The notes under the pieces: model-generated
The model's database searches: none
What the model was told of the DNA's origin: nothing
Seen by the model: the letters and a program-made list of their open reading frames with translations, nothing else
Position numbers and translations under genes: made by a program
DNA from: the human T2T-CHM13v2.0 reference genome, Homo sapiens
Assembly: GCF_009914755.1 (NCBI RefSeq)
Contig: NC_060934.1
Length of the DNA stretch: 64,000 nt
Direction: 5' to 3' (one strand)
Part shown: positions 29,071 through 46,900 of the stretch, one piece after another
How positions within the stretch are numbered: position 1 is the stretch's first letter
Layout: every line of letters begins with the position of its first letter

Positions 29071-29821
29071 AATTTCCAATTCTGGAGGTGGGTCTGGGGC
29101 CAGAGGGACTTATGTGATTTCCTATTTCCCTTTGATTTATAGACTAAATATCTTTGTTGTCTCCATGACTTAAAGGCAAATAGTTCCAACTTGGCCTTTT
29201 CTTTTAAGGGTTTGAGGAGGGAGAGCAGAGCCAAGTCTTGGAGATTGTGTACTTGCTGCAACACAGGAAAATGAGATGTGCAGGGCAAGGGACGAGGAAA
29301 AAAGGGGTTACTCAGATCTTTTCAGGCTGGGAGGAGCTGTGCCAGGCAGCACTGGGTTGTCAGGATGACTCCACAGTCCCCCGCCCTGCCTCCAGGCCTT
29401 GTCAGGTGCTGAAAGCCTGTTTCAGAAGCCTGGCCCAGGGCCTAGGTCACTACAGCAGGCCAGGCCCCTGCATTCCAAACCAGGTGTGGATTCACTGGTG
29501 CTCGGGGAAGTTGGGGACTTTGACACCTGAAGGCACAGGAGCCAGGCGCCTTTGGGGGTCCCTGGGGGAGGGTGTCTGGTGCTGTCACCTCCTACTCCCC
29601 ACCTGTCCATCGGGGAACCTCTGCTGTGGGGGACTGAGGCTGTTTCTTTTGTAAACTGATGGAGGTATGCCTGGCTCCTGGGCCAGGCAACCTGAAGAGA
29701 CATGCCTGAGACCTCCTGTGATAGAAAATCTGCACTGAAGACTTTGAAGAAGTCATTGCCCACTCGTCTTGGGCAATATCTATAACTTGACATCTGAAAC
29801 TCAGACACCAGACAAGACAAT

Positions 29822-30091
29822 AGACACTAAACAGGACAGCAGACATAAAAACAGGACAACAGACACAAAATCAGGCAATAGATAAAAAGACAGGCAATAG
29901 ACTCCAAAATAGGCAATAGACACAAAAACAAGCAATAGACCTAAAAACAGGCAATAGACACAAAAACAGGCAATAGACCTAAAAACAGGCAATAGACACA
30001 AAAACAAGCAATAGATCTAAAAACAGGCAATCAACACAAAAACAGGCAACAGACACAAAAACAGGCAATAGACACAAAACAGGCAGTAGAC
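29822..30091. repeat. 19-bp minisatellite, ~14 copies (AGACACAAAAACAGGCAAT), in HERV-T leader
   Basis: Units start at 29822, 29841, 29861, 29880, 29899, 29918, 29937, 29956, 29975, 29994, 30013, 30032, 30051, 30070. Confidence 0.92.
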
Positions 30092-30458
30092 CCTGGAGAA
30101 TATAAACAATTATGGCAGTTTTCATAGACAGACAAGGGGAGGGGGTCCCACGATGGGATCAGTCAGATGCCCACCTGGCTGCTTTCCCTGAGGGGACTTG
30201 GGATCCTCTTAGCATTGGCAGGCCCGTGTAAACCCCCAGCTGGGATCAAGCTATGCCCGATGCTGCCTTAAGCCTTATTAGGTTGCCACAGGACCACAAG
30301 TGAGGACCCACTGTAACTCTGTAGCTTTCACGGTGGAGCTACAAAATGGAGATTCAAGGGCAAGCCCTTGAACTTCCCATTCATGCACACATTCACACAG
30401 AGTTTATAACAATTTTTCTTATTTCTGTTCTAAACAGAGGTCTCCAGGAGACCTGAAC

Positions 30459-30533
30459 GAGAGGAGGAGAAGAGATAGAGAAAAGGGGAGGGAGAGAAAG
30501 AGAGAGAGAGAGACAGAAAGAGAGAGGGAGAAA
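30459..30533. repeat. (GA)-rich purine tract in HERV-T leader
   Basis: GAGAGGAGGAGAAGAGATAGAGAAAAGGGGAGGGAGAGAAAGAGAGAGAGAGAGACAGAAAGAGAGAGGGAG. Confidence 0.8.
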
Positions 30534-30975
30534 CTAATCTTAATGGAGAGGCCAGCCTGTCAGAAAAGAGGACTCTGTCCTCCAGCGTCCTGGAACATGG
30601 ACAGAGTCAAAGAGAGAGACGCCCTCTTTAGGGAGAGTTTCCTCTCACCAAACCAGAACCAAAAGCATCTAACAGAAAACCAGGGCTCTGCCCTCCAGTG
30701 TCCTGGAATGCAGGCAGGGTCAAAGAGAGAGACACCCTCCTGAGGGATGTGTCCCTCTCACCAAACCAAAGTCAGATCTGACTTACCTTCCCGGGACCAG
30801 AAGCTGAGGACTCAGAAGGTTAATTTTTGTGGGCACACACCGGTAGTCGATCCTCTCTCCTCCAGAAGACGGTCGCCTATAGGGACCTGGAACTTTTTCA
30901 GGTGGCACCCCCCATAAGCTGGCCAGCCATCCAGGGGAGCCTAGAGCGAGTCTGGCTCTCACTCAGTGGTGAATA

Positions 30976-30993
30976 ATCTAGCTGGGGCCTCCA
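30976..30993 (-). promoter_or_regulatory. Primer binding site, tRNA-Thr
   Basis: TGGAGGCCCCAGCTAGAT, 2 nt after the 5' LTR; 17/18 match to the complement of the tRNA-Thr 3' end (..ATCTCGCTGGGGCCTCCA, recalled). Confidence 0.88.
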
Positions 30994-30995
30994 AA

Positions 30996-31553
30996 TGTTG
31001 TAACAAAGCGATTTAGAGAGAAACACCACAATTTGAGACGAATTCAGGAGTCCTTTATTAGCCAGTGACTGAGAGATGGCTGACGCTCAAAATTCTCTCA
31101 GCCCTGAACAAGGGACTTGATTTTCTCTTATACTTTGGTTTAGAAAGGGGAGGGGGAATCTAGCTGTAGCAATCTTACAGAAGTAAAACAGACAGAAAAG
31201 TTAAAAAGACAAATGGTTACAGGAAAACAAACAGTGCCAGGTGCAGGGGCTTTAAATTTGTCACAAGGTGATAGGTGGGGTGGCTCTGGGTGTCATCTGC
31301 CGGACACAAACGTGGGGGCTTCATGGTACCATCTCCCAAGCAAATTTCTGGGAACTTCAGACCTAACTTGCCACAGTACTTTATCAGTTAATTGGACTCT
31401 TTGATGTGCTGAGAGTCAGCTTGCACAGGTTAAGTCTTTCAGGAAGGGAGAGGTTAAGGAGCCCTTAATGTCTTGCAAATGAAGGAGCCAAATGGAATCC
31501 CTCTGGTTTTTCAGCTAAGAGTCAAACATGTTAATACAAGTTAGGGTATCACA
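30996..31553 (-). repeat. HERV-T 5' LTR (LTR6A/B-like)
   Basis: TGTGATACCCTAAC...GTTACAACA on the minus strand, followed by the PBS. Confidence 0.88.
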
Positions 31554-32650
31554 ACATAAAAATTTGAATTTCCCATTTATAATCTGAATCAATGACTCCT
31601 GTATGTATTTGTACACTTTTTAAACTTAAACTAGACCTTCCTAAAAGTAATCCTATCATCCCCACTGGCAAGGGTCCACAGACTCCTGTTGGGACCTTTT
31701 GCAGGGTTTCCCCAGGCAGAAGGCTCACAGCTTTTGTGCAGCTTAAGTCTACTGCTGCACTAACGCCTGTGGTGGGGGACAGACATTGTACAGGGGTGAG
31801 GGAATGGCTTGAGCTTGAAATGCCCTGGTTTACAATGGTGTCCAGGAAGGGCCCCTCATGTTGTTTCCTGAAATCAGGTTCCCTTCTTTACCAAACTCAG
31901 ACTGACACTGATTGGCCAAATGTTTTCCTTTTTTACATTTCAGATATATTTTTGGCTCAGCCGTTTTCTTCTTTCCCCTATCTGGCAGCCTGACTTGCTG
32001 ATTTTTTCTGGATTATTTTTTAGTATGACCATGCTTCCCACAGTTAAAACAAGCTCCAGGAAATGGAGTATTTCCCTTACCCACTCTCACTCCTGCCATT
32101 GCCTGTGCCAACCAAGTAGCTTTATGCAGATTACCTCTGATACAATCACAAGCCTTTATATAATCAACTAAATATGCTTTCCCAAATTTAAAAGGAAAAG
32201 GCTCAAATGTAGCTATAATACTTCCCTGTTGATCTGGGGGGTGTATTCTAACAGTGAACTACCAAGCTTCTAAATGACCCTCTCATCTAGTTTGCTGAAT
32301 TCCTGCCTGAATAGAACTAAGAGCAGTCACTTGAAGCGCTGCTCGAACAGTCACGGGGGCCACTAACTTTCGCCCAGAGTCCTCCAGAAAAGAAAGACCT
32401 AGAGGATTTTTTTCTTCAAAGTAATAATGAGGGGGTGCAGAAGGATAGGGATGAACCTCTCTCTCCTTTGACACTTCAGTTTTAGCTGGCAAATAAACCT
32501 TGTTTTTAACCTCTTCTATTACTTCTTTATACTCTCATTCCTCCTTATCATCAGTGTGAAAAAATTCCCAGGTGGAACGAACCACAGTCCACACTTGTCG
32601 CATTTTTACCCTGATGCTTCTGAGCTCCCCTTTTTACTCACCATGGGAAT
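31554..32650 (-). pseudogene. gag: HML-3 gag remnant (most of CA deleted; two NC knuckles) and dUTPase start
   Basis: PYPSAPPHY; FEPFPFK joined within ~10 nt to LVDYIKACD..GNLHKA; GACFNCGKHGHTKK; CKKGKHW..QC; dUTPase motif HTGVIDSDY at ~31605-31580. Confidence 0.85.
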
Positions 32651-32733
32651 TGCTTTAATAGTACTCGGGTGTCCTCCAGCTAGATCCACAATCTCCAACA
32701 GTTGCTCCGGTGACCCTTCGACCTAGGTTTGAG

Positions 32734-32751
32734 CTCACACGATGGACGCCA
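32734..32751 (-). promoter_or_regulatory. Primer binding site, tRNA-Lys(CUU)-like, decayed
   Basis: TGGCGTCCATCGTGTGAG versus Lys1,2 PBS TGGCGCCCAACGTGGGGC, 2 nt downstream of the 5' LTR. Confidence 0.78.
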
Positions 32752-32753
32752 CT

Positions 32754-33266
32754 TAATGAGACCAGCTCAATCAGGGAGACCCTAACCCAGCGGCCCTAGA
32801 GGAATTAAAGAGATGCACAAGGAAATATAGAAGTGTGAAGTGGGAAATCAGGGGTCTCACTGCCTTCAGAGCTGAGAGCTCTGAACAGAGAATTACCCAC
32901 GTATTTATTAACAGTAAGCCAGTCATTAGCATTGTTTCTATAGATATTTGATTAACTAAAAGTATCCCTTATGGGAAATGAAGGGATGGGCCAAAATAAA
33001 GGGGTGGATCCAGCTAGTCATCTGCAGCAGGAAAATGTCCTTAAGGCACTGATGGCTCATACTATTGTTTGTGGTTTAAGAATGCCTTTAAGTGATTTTC
33101 CACCCTCTGTGGGCCAGGTATTCCTTGCCCTCATTCTGATACACCCAAAACCTTCCAGGGTGGGCATGACGGCCAACATGAACATGTCACTGTGGTGCAG
33201 AGATTTTGTTTATGGCCAATTTTGGAGCCAGTTTATGGCCGGATTTTGGGGGGCTTGTTCCCAACA
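32754..33266 (-). repeat. 5' LTR, MER9 (HML-3)
   Basis: TGTTGGGAACAAGCCCCCCAAAATCCGGCCATAAACTGG start on the minus strand; terminal CA mutated to TA. Confidence 0.92.
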
Positions 33267-39111
<5,845 letters not shown>

Positions 39112-40918
39112 AAAAACAGTGTTTCCAAACTGCTGAATGAAAAGAATGGTTTAACTCTGTTAGATGAATGCGCACATCACAAAGCAGTTTCTCAGGTAGC
39201 TTCCTTCTAGTTTTTATTTTGGGATATTCACTTTTTTGCCTTTGGCCTCAATGAACACCCAATATCCTTTCACAGAGTGGAGAAAAACAGTGTTTCCAAA
39301 CTGCTGTATCCAAATAAAGATTTAAATCTGTGAGACCAGTGCACACATCAAAAAGCAGATTCTCAGAAAGCTCCTTTCTAGTTTTTATCTGAAGTGTTTC
39401 CAAACTGCTGAATGAAAAGAAAGGTTTAACTCTGTGAGAAAAATGCACACATAACAAACTGGTTTCTCAGATACCTCAGTTCTATTTTTTATCCTGGTAT
39501 ATGTGCTTTTTCTCCATTGACCTCAAAGAGCTCACAAATGTCCATTCACAGAAGGAACAAAAACCGTTTTTCCCAACTGCTGAATGAAAAGAAAAGTTTA
39601 AGTCTGTGAGATGAATGCACACATCACAAAGCAGTGTCTCAGAAAAATTCTTTCAAGGTTTTATCTGAATAGTTTCCTTTTTAAGCATAGGCATTCTTCC
39701 ACTCCCAAATATCCCTTCACAGATTTTACAAAGACAGTGTTTCCAAACTGCTGAATGAGAGAAAATTTTCACTCTTTGAGATGAATGCACTAATTGCAAA
39801 GCAGTTTCTAAGAAAGGTTTATTTCTTCAAGATGAATGCTCACATCACCAAGCAGTTTCTCAGATATATTTCTTCTAGTTTTTATCCTGGGATATACACT
39901 TTTTCGCCACTGGCCTCAAGGAGCTCCCAAGTGTTTTTCAAACTGTGTTTGCAAACTACTGAATCAAAAGAAAAGTTTAACTATGTGAGATGAATGCACA
40001 CTTCTGAAGGAGTTTCTCAGAAAGATTCTTTCTAGTTTTCACCTGAAGACATTTTATTTTTCACCATAGGCCTCAATGCGCTACTAAATATCTCTTCACA
40101 GATTCTACAAAAGACAGTGTTTCCAAAATGCTGAATGAAAGGAAAGCTTTAACTCTGTGAGATTAATACACACCTCACAAAGTGGTTTCTCAGGTAGTTT
40201 CCTTCTTTTTTATCTTGGTATATTCACTTTTTCTCCATAGGCCTCAATGCGCTCCCAAATATCTCTTTTCAGCTTCTACAAAAAAAGTGTTTCCAAATTG
40301 CTGAGTGAAAAGAAAGGTTTAACTCTATGAGACGAATGCCCACATGACAAAGTGGTTTCTCTTTTTGCTTTCTTCTAGTTTTTATCCTGGAATATTTGCT
40401 TTTTTGCCATTGGCTTTAATAAGCTCCTAAATGTCCATTCGTAGAATGGACAAAAACAGTATTTCAAAACTTCTGAATGAAAAGACAGTTTTCACTCTGT
40501 GACATGAAGGCACACATCACAAATCAGTTTCTCAGATAGCTTCCTTCTTTTTTATCCTTTATATTCACTTTTTGCATTTAGCCTCAATGCCCTCCCAAAA
40601 GTCCATGTGTAGAATGGAAAAATATAGTGTTTCCAAACTGCTGAATCAAAAGGAAAGTTTAACTATGCAAGGTGAATGCACACATCACAAAGAGGTTTCT
40701 CAGATAGCTTCCTACTAGTTTTTAACTTGGTAAATTCGATTTTTGCCATTGGCCTCCATGAGATCCCAAATGTCCTTTCACTGAATGAAAAATAAAAAAC
40801 AGTGTTTCCAAATTGCCGAATCAAAAGAAAGGTTTAACTCTGTGAGTTCAATGCACACATCAGAAAGGAGTTTCACACATAGCTTATTTCTGGTTTTTAT
40901 CCTGGGATATTTGCATTT
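39112..40918 (-). repeat. Alpha satellite, inverted domain (part 3)
   Basis: Reverse monomers up to CCTGGGATATTTGCATTTTC. Confidence 0.96.
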
Positions 40919-43900
40919 TCTGAGAAACTGCTTCATGATGTGTGCCTTCACCTCACAGAATTAAAACTTTCTTTTGATTCAGGAACTTGGAAACACTGTT
41001 TTGTCCATTCTGAGAATGGAAATTTGGGAGCTCTTTGAGGCCAAGGCAAATAAGCGTATATCCCATTATAAACAGTAGAAGCAAGCTATCTGAGAAACCA
41101 TTTTGTGATTTGTGCATTAATCTCACAGAACTAAACCTTTAATTTCATTCAGCAATTTGTAAACACTGCTTTTGTCCATTTTGCCAGTGGGCCTGTGGGA
41201 GCTCATTGAGGCCAAAGGCGGAAAAGCGAATATCCCAGGATTAAAACCTATAAGGAATCTCTCTGAGAAACTGCATTGTGAAGTGTTCATTCATCTCACA
41301 GAGTTAAGCCTTTCTTTTCATTCAGCAGTTTGGAAACACCGTTTTTGTAGAATCTGCAAAGGGATGCTTGGGAACGCATTGAGGCCTATGGCTAATAATA
41401 AAGTATCTTCAGATGAAAACTAGAAAGAAGCTTTCTAAGAAACTGCCATGTAACATGTGCATTCAGCTCTCAGAGTGAAACCTTTCTTTTGATTCAGCAG
41501 TATGGAAACACTGTTTTTGTCCATTCTGGGAATGGACATTTGGGAGTGCATTGAGGCCAATGGCAAAAGAGCAAATATCCCAGGATAAAAACTAGAAGGA
41601 AGCTATCTGAGAAACCTCTTTGTGATTTGTGCATTCATCCCACAAAGTTAAGCTTTACTTTTCATTCATCAGTTTGCAATCAGTGTTTTTGTAGAATCTG
41701 CAAAGAGTTATTTGGGAGTGCATTGAGGTCTATGGTTAAAAAGGAAATAACTTCAGATAAAAACTAGAAAGGAGCTTTGTGAGAAACTGCTTTGTGATGT
41801 GTGCATTCATCTCACATAGTTAAACCTTTCTTTGGATTCTGCAGTTTGGAAAAACAGTTTTTGTCCATTCTTTGAATGGACATTTGGGAGCTGATTGGGG
41901 CCAAATGTGGAAAAGGGAATATCCCAGGATAAAAACAAGAAGGAAGGAATCTCAGAAGCTGCTTCGTGATGTGTGCATTCATCTCGCAGAGTTAAACCTT
42001 TCTTCTCATTCAGCAGTTTGGAAACACTGTTATTGTAGAATCTGTGAAGGCATACTTAAGAGCGCATTGAGTCCTAGGGTGAAAAAGGAAATATCCTCAG
42101 ATAAAAAATAGAAAGAAGCTTCCTTAGGAAATACTTCGTGATTTCTGCATTCATCTCACAGACATAAGCCTTTCTTTTGATTCATCGGTTTGTTAACACT
42201 TTTTTTGTCCATTCTGCAAATGGACATTTGGGAGGTGATTGGGGCCAATGGTGAAAAAGTGCATATCCCAGGTAAAAACTGGAAGGAAGATATCTTAGAA
42301 ACTGCTTTGTGATGTGTGTATTCATCACACAGAGTTAAACATTTTTTTTTCATTCTAGGGTTTGGAAACACTATTTTTAAAGTAATTTCGAAGGGATATT
42401 TTGGTGCACCATAATTCCTATGGTGAAAAAGGAAATATATTCAGATTAAAAACTATGAAGAAGCTTTCTGAGAAACCGCTTTGTGATGTGTGCATTCATC
42501 TAGCATAGTTAAACCTTTTTTTCATTCAGCAGTTTGGAAAAACTGTTTTTGTAGAATCTTCAAAAGGGTATTTGGAAGCACACTGAGGCCTGTTGTGAAA
42601 AAAGATACGTTGTAGGTAAAAACTAGAAAGAAGCTTCTGATAAACTTCTTTTCGATGTGTGCATTAATCTCACAGAGTAAAACTTTGGTTTGGATTCAGC
42701 AGTGTGGAAACACTGTTTTTATCCATTCTGTGACTGGAAAATTGGGATCACATTGAGGTCAATGGTGAAAAAGGAAATATCTTCAAATAAAAACTAGGAA
42801 GAAGCTTTCTGAGACACTACTTTGTGTTGTGTGCATTCATCTCACCGATTGCAACCTTTTTTGGATTCAGCAATTTGGAAACACAGTTTTTCGTAGTAGT
42901 AATGGACATTAGAGAGATCTTTGAGGCCAATAGCAAAGAAGGAAATATCCCAAGATAAAATCTATAAGTAAGCTATCTTAGAAACTGCTATGTGATGTGT
43001 GCATTCATCTCACAGAATTAAAACGTCTTAGGATTCAGCAGTTTGGAAACACTCTTTTTGTCCTTATGCAAATAGACATTTGGGAGCTCAGAAAGGCCAA
43101 TGGCAAAAAAGTGAATATCCCAGGATAAAAACTAGGAGGCAGCTATCTGAGAGACCGCTTGTGATGTGTACATTCATCTCACAGAGATAAACATTTCTTT
43201 TCATTCAGCAGTTGGAAACACTCTTTTTGTAGAATATGTGAAGGGATATAAGGGAGTGCATTGAGGCCTGTGGTGAAAAAAAAAACTTCTGATAAAAATT
43301 GGAAATATACTTCCTGAGTAACTGCTTTGTGATATGTGCATTCATCTCACAGATTTATACCTTTCTTTGGATTCAGAAGTTTGGAAACCCTGTTTTGTAG
43401 AATCTGCAAAGGGATATTTGGGATCGCATTGAGGCCTATGGTGAAGAAGGAAATATCTTCAAATAAAAACTAGAAAGATGCTTTCTGAAAAACCACTTAG
43501 TCATGTGTGCAATCATCTCTCAGATTTCAACTTTTCTTTGGATTTAGCAGTTTGGAAAAACTCTTTTTGTCCATTATGGGAATGCACATTTGGGAGATCC
43601 TGAGGCCAGTGGCAAAAAAGTGAATATCCCAGGATAAAAACTATAAGAAGCTACCAGAGAAATTGCTTTGTGATTTGCAGTCATCTCACAGAGTTAAATT
43701 TTCTTCTGATTCAGGAGTTTGAAACACTGTTTTGTAGTATCTGAAGGGACATTAGGGAGCACATTGATGCCTACGGTGGAAAAGAAAATATCTTCAGATA
43801 AAAACGAGAAAGAAGCTTTCTGAGAAACTGCTTTATTGTGTGTGTATTCATCTCAAAGAGTTAAACCTTTCTTTTGATTCAGCAGTTTGGAAATCCTGCA

Positions 43901-46900
43901 TTTGTCCAAATGAACATTTGGGAGCTCATTGAGGTCAATGGAAAAAGAGAATATCCCAGGATAAAAACCAGAAGGAAGCAATCTGAGAGAGCACTTTGTG
44001 ATTCGTGCATTCATCTTGCAGATTTAAACCTGACTTCATTCAGCAGTTTGCAAAACCTGTTTTTGTAGAATCTGTGAAGGGATATTTGGGAGCCCCTTGA
44101 AGTCTATTGTGAAAAACAAAATATCTTCAGATAAAAACTAGAAAGGAGCTTTCTGAGAAACTGCTTTCTGACGTGTACTTTCATTACACAGGGTTAAAAT
44201 ATTTTTTGATTTAAAAGTTTGAAAACACTGTTTTTGTAGAATCTGCAGTAGCATGTTTCTGAGAGCTTTGAGGGCTATAGAAAAAAAGAAACAACTTTAG
44301 AAAAAAACTAGATATAAGCTTTCTGAGAAACTGCTTTGTGATGTGTGCATTCATCTCACATAGTTAAACCTTTCTTTGGATTCACCAGTTAGAAAGAGTG
44401 TTTTTATAGAAACTTTAAAGTGATATTTCGGAGACCATTGAGGCCTATGGTGAAAAAGGAAACATCTTCAGATAAAAACCAGAGAGAAGCTTTCTGAGAA
44501 ACTGCATTGTGATGTGTGCATTCTTCTGACAGACTTAAACCTTTCTTTGGATTCATTCGTTTGCAAACACTGTTTTTGTGCATTCTATGAATGAACTTTT
44601 GGGAGCTCTTTCAGGCCAAGTGCGAAAAATCAAATATACCACGATAAAAACTAGAAGAAAGCTATCTAAGAAACCGCTTTGTGATGTGTGCATTCATCTC
44701 ACAGATTTAAACATTTCTTTTCTTTCAGCAGTTTGGAAAAACTGTTTTAGCAGAATCTGCAAAGGGATATTTCAGAGAGCTTTGTGGCCTATGTTGAAAA
44801 AGGCAACATATTCAGATAAAAACTAGAAAGATGCTTTCTGAGAAACTGGTGTGTAATGTGTACATTCATCTCATAGACTTAAACCTTTCTTTGGATTCAG
44901 TAGTTTGGAAACACTGATTTTGTCCATTCTATGAATGGACTTTTCAGAGCTCTTTCAGGAGAAGGGTGAAAAATTGAATACACCAGGATAAAAACTAGGA
45001 GGAAGCTATCTGAGGAACAGCTTTGTGATGTTTGCATTCATCTCACAGAGTTAAACGTTTCCTTCCATTCAGCAGTTTTGAAACATTGTTTTTGTAGAAT
45101 CTGTAAAGGGATAATTCAGGGACCATTATTGCCTATGGTAAAGAAGGGAACATCTTCAGTTAAAAACTAGATAGAAGCTTTCTGTGAAACTGCTTTGTGA
45201 TGTGTGAATTCATCTCACTGAGTTGAACTTTACTTTGGATTCAGTAGTTTGGAAAGAGTGTTTTTTTTCACTCTGTGAATGTATATTTGGCAGTTCATTA
45301 AGGCCAAGGACAAATAGCAGAATATCCAAGGATAAAAACTAGAATGAAGCTAACTGATAAAGTGCTATGTGATGCGTAAATTCATCTCACAGAGTTAAAC
45401 TTTCTTTTCATACAGCAGTTTGGAAATTGTGTTTTTGTAGAATCTTCAATGGGATATTTAGAAGAGCATTGATGTCTATGGTGAAAAAGCAAACATCTTC
45501 AGATAAAAACTAGAAAGAAGCTTTTTGAGAAACTGCCTTGAGATGTGTGCAGACATCTCACAGATGTAAACCTGTCTTTGGATTCAGCAGTTTGGAAAAT
45601 CTGTTTTTGTCCATACTGCAAACAGACATTTGGGAGCTCATTGAGGCCAATGGCAAAAAAGGGAATATCCCAGGATTAAAACTAGAAGAAAGCTATCTGA
45701 GGAACCGCTGTGTGATGTGAGCATTCATTTCACAGAGTTAAACTTTCCTTTTCATTCAGCAGTTTGGAAACACTGTTTTTGTAGAATCTGCAAAGAGTTA
45801 TTTCTAGGAGAATTGAGCCTTATGGTGAAATAGGGAAAATCTTCAGATGAAAAAGAGAAAGAAGATTTCTGAGAAACTGCTTTGTGACGTCTGCATTCAT
45901 CTCAAAGAGCTGAACCTTTCTTTGGATTCATCTGCCTTGAAACACTTTTTTTGTCCACTCAGTGAATGGACATTTGGGGGCTCTTTGGGGCCAAAGGCAA
46001 AAATGGGAATAACCAAGGATAAAAACTTGAAGGCAGCTATCAGAGAAACCGCTTTGTGATGTGTGAATTCATCTCACAGAGTTAAACCTTACGTCTTATT
46101 CAGCAGTTTGGAAACACTATTTTTGTAGAATCACCAAAGGGATACTTCGGAGACCATTGAGGCCTATGGTGAAATAGGAAATATATTCACAGAAAAACTA
46201 GAAAGAAACTTTATGAGAAATTGCTTTGTGATGTGTACATTCAACTCATAGAGGTAAGACTTTCTTTGGATTCATCAGTTATGAAACACGGTGTTTGTTA
46301 ACTCAGTGAAAGGACTTTTGGGGACACTTTAAGTCCAATGGTGAAAATGGGAATATCACAGAATAAAAACTAGAAGGAAGATACCTGAGAAACTGGTTTG
46401 TGATATGTTCATTCATCTCACTGTGTTAAATCATTCTTTTCATTCAGCAATTAGGAAACACTGTTTTCATAGAATCTTCAAAGGGATGATACAGACAGCC
46501 TTGAGGTCTATGGTAAAAAAGGAAATGTGTTTAGAGAAAAACAAGAAAGAAGCTTTCTGAGAAACTGCTTTGGGATGTGTGCATTTATCTCACAGACTTC
46601 AAGCTTTCTTTGGATTCAGTAGTTTGGAAACACAGTTTTTGTCCATTCTGTGATAGGACAGGTTGGAGCTCTTTGGGGCCAATGGCAAAAAAGTGAATAT
46701 CCCTGAAAAAAATTAGAAGAAATCTATCTGAGAAACCACTTTCTGATGTGAGCATTCATTTCACAGAGTTAAACCATTCTTTTCATTCAGCTGTTTGGAA
46801 ACAGTGTTTTTGAAAAGTCTGCAAAGGGACATTTTGGGGAGCATTGACGCCTATGGTGAAAAAGGAAACATCTTCAGAGAAAAACTGGAAAGAAGCTTTT

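Larger units (their letters stand above)
24920..31553 (-). mobile_element. HERV-T (HERVS71, LTR6-type) gammaretrovirus-like provirus, internally deleted, nested in HML-3
   Basis: Two ~560-bp LTRs TGTG(G/A)TACCCTA...TTACAACA; PBS for tRNA-Thr; gamma-type gag, RNase H, IN and TM remnants; 4-bp TSD ATAT (24916-24919) / ACAT (31554-31557). Confidence 0.9.
20134..33266 (-). mobile_element. HERV-K(HML-3)/HERVK9 provirus, two LTRs, defective, interrupted by nested HERV-T
   Basis: MER9-type LTRs at both ends, Lys PBS, PPT, betaretroviral gag/dUTPase-pro/pol/env remnants. Flanks TCAGT (20129-20133) / GCAGT (33267-33271) form a 5-bp TSD with one mismatch that restores satellite ATCACAAAGCAGTTTCTCAG. 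Confidence 0.92.

Noticed and set aside
29822-30091. Short direct repeats resembling a CRISPR array
   Set aside because: Head-to-tail 19-mers without unique spacers, inside a primate ERV leader; no cas genes.
30976-30993. tRNA gene
   Set aside because: Only the 18-nt PBS complement; no tRNA body.
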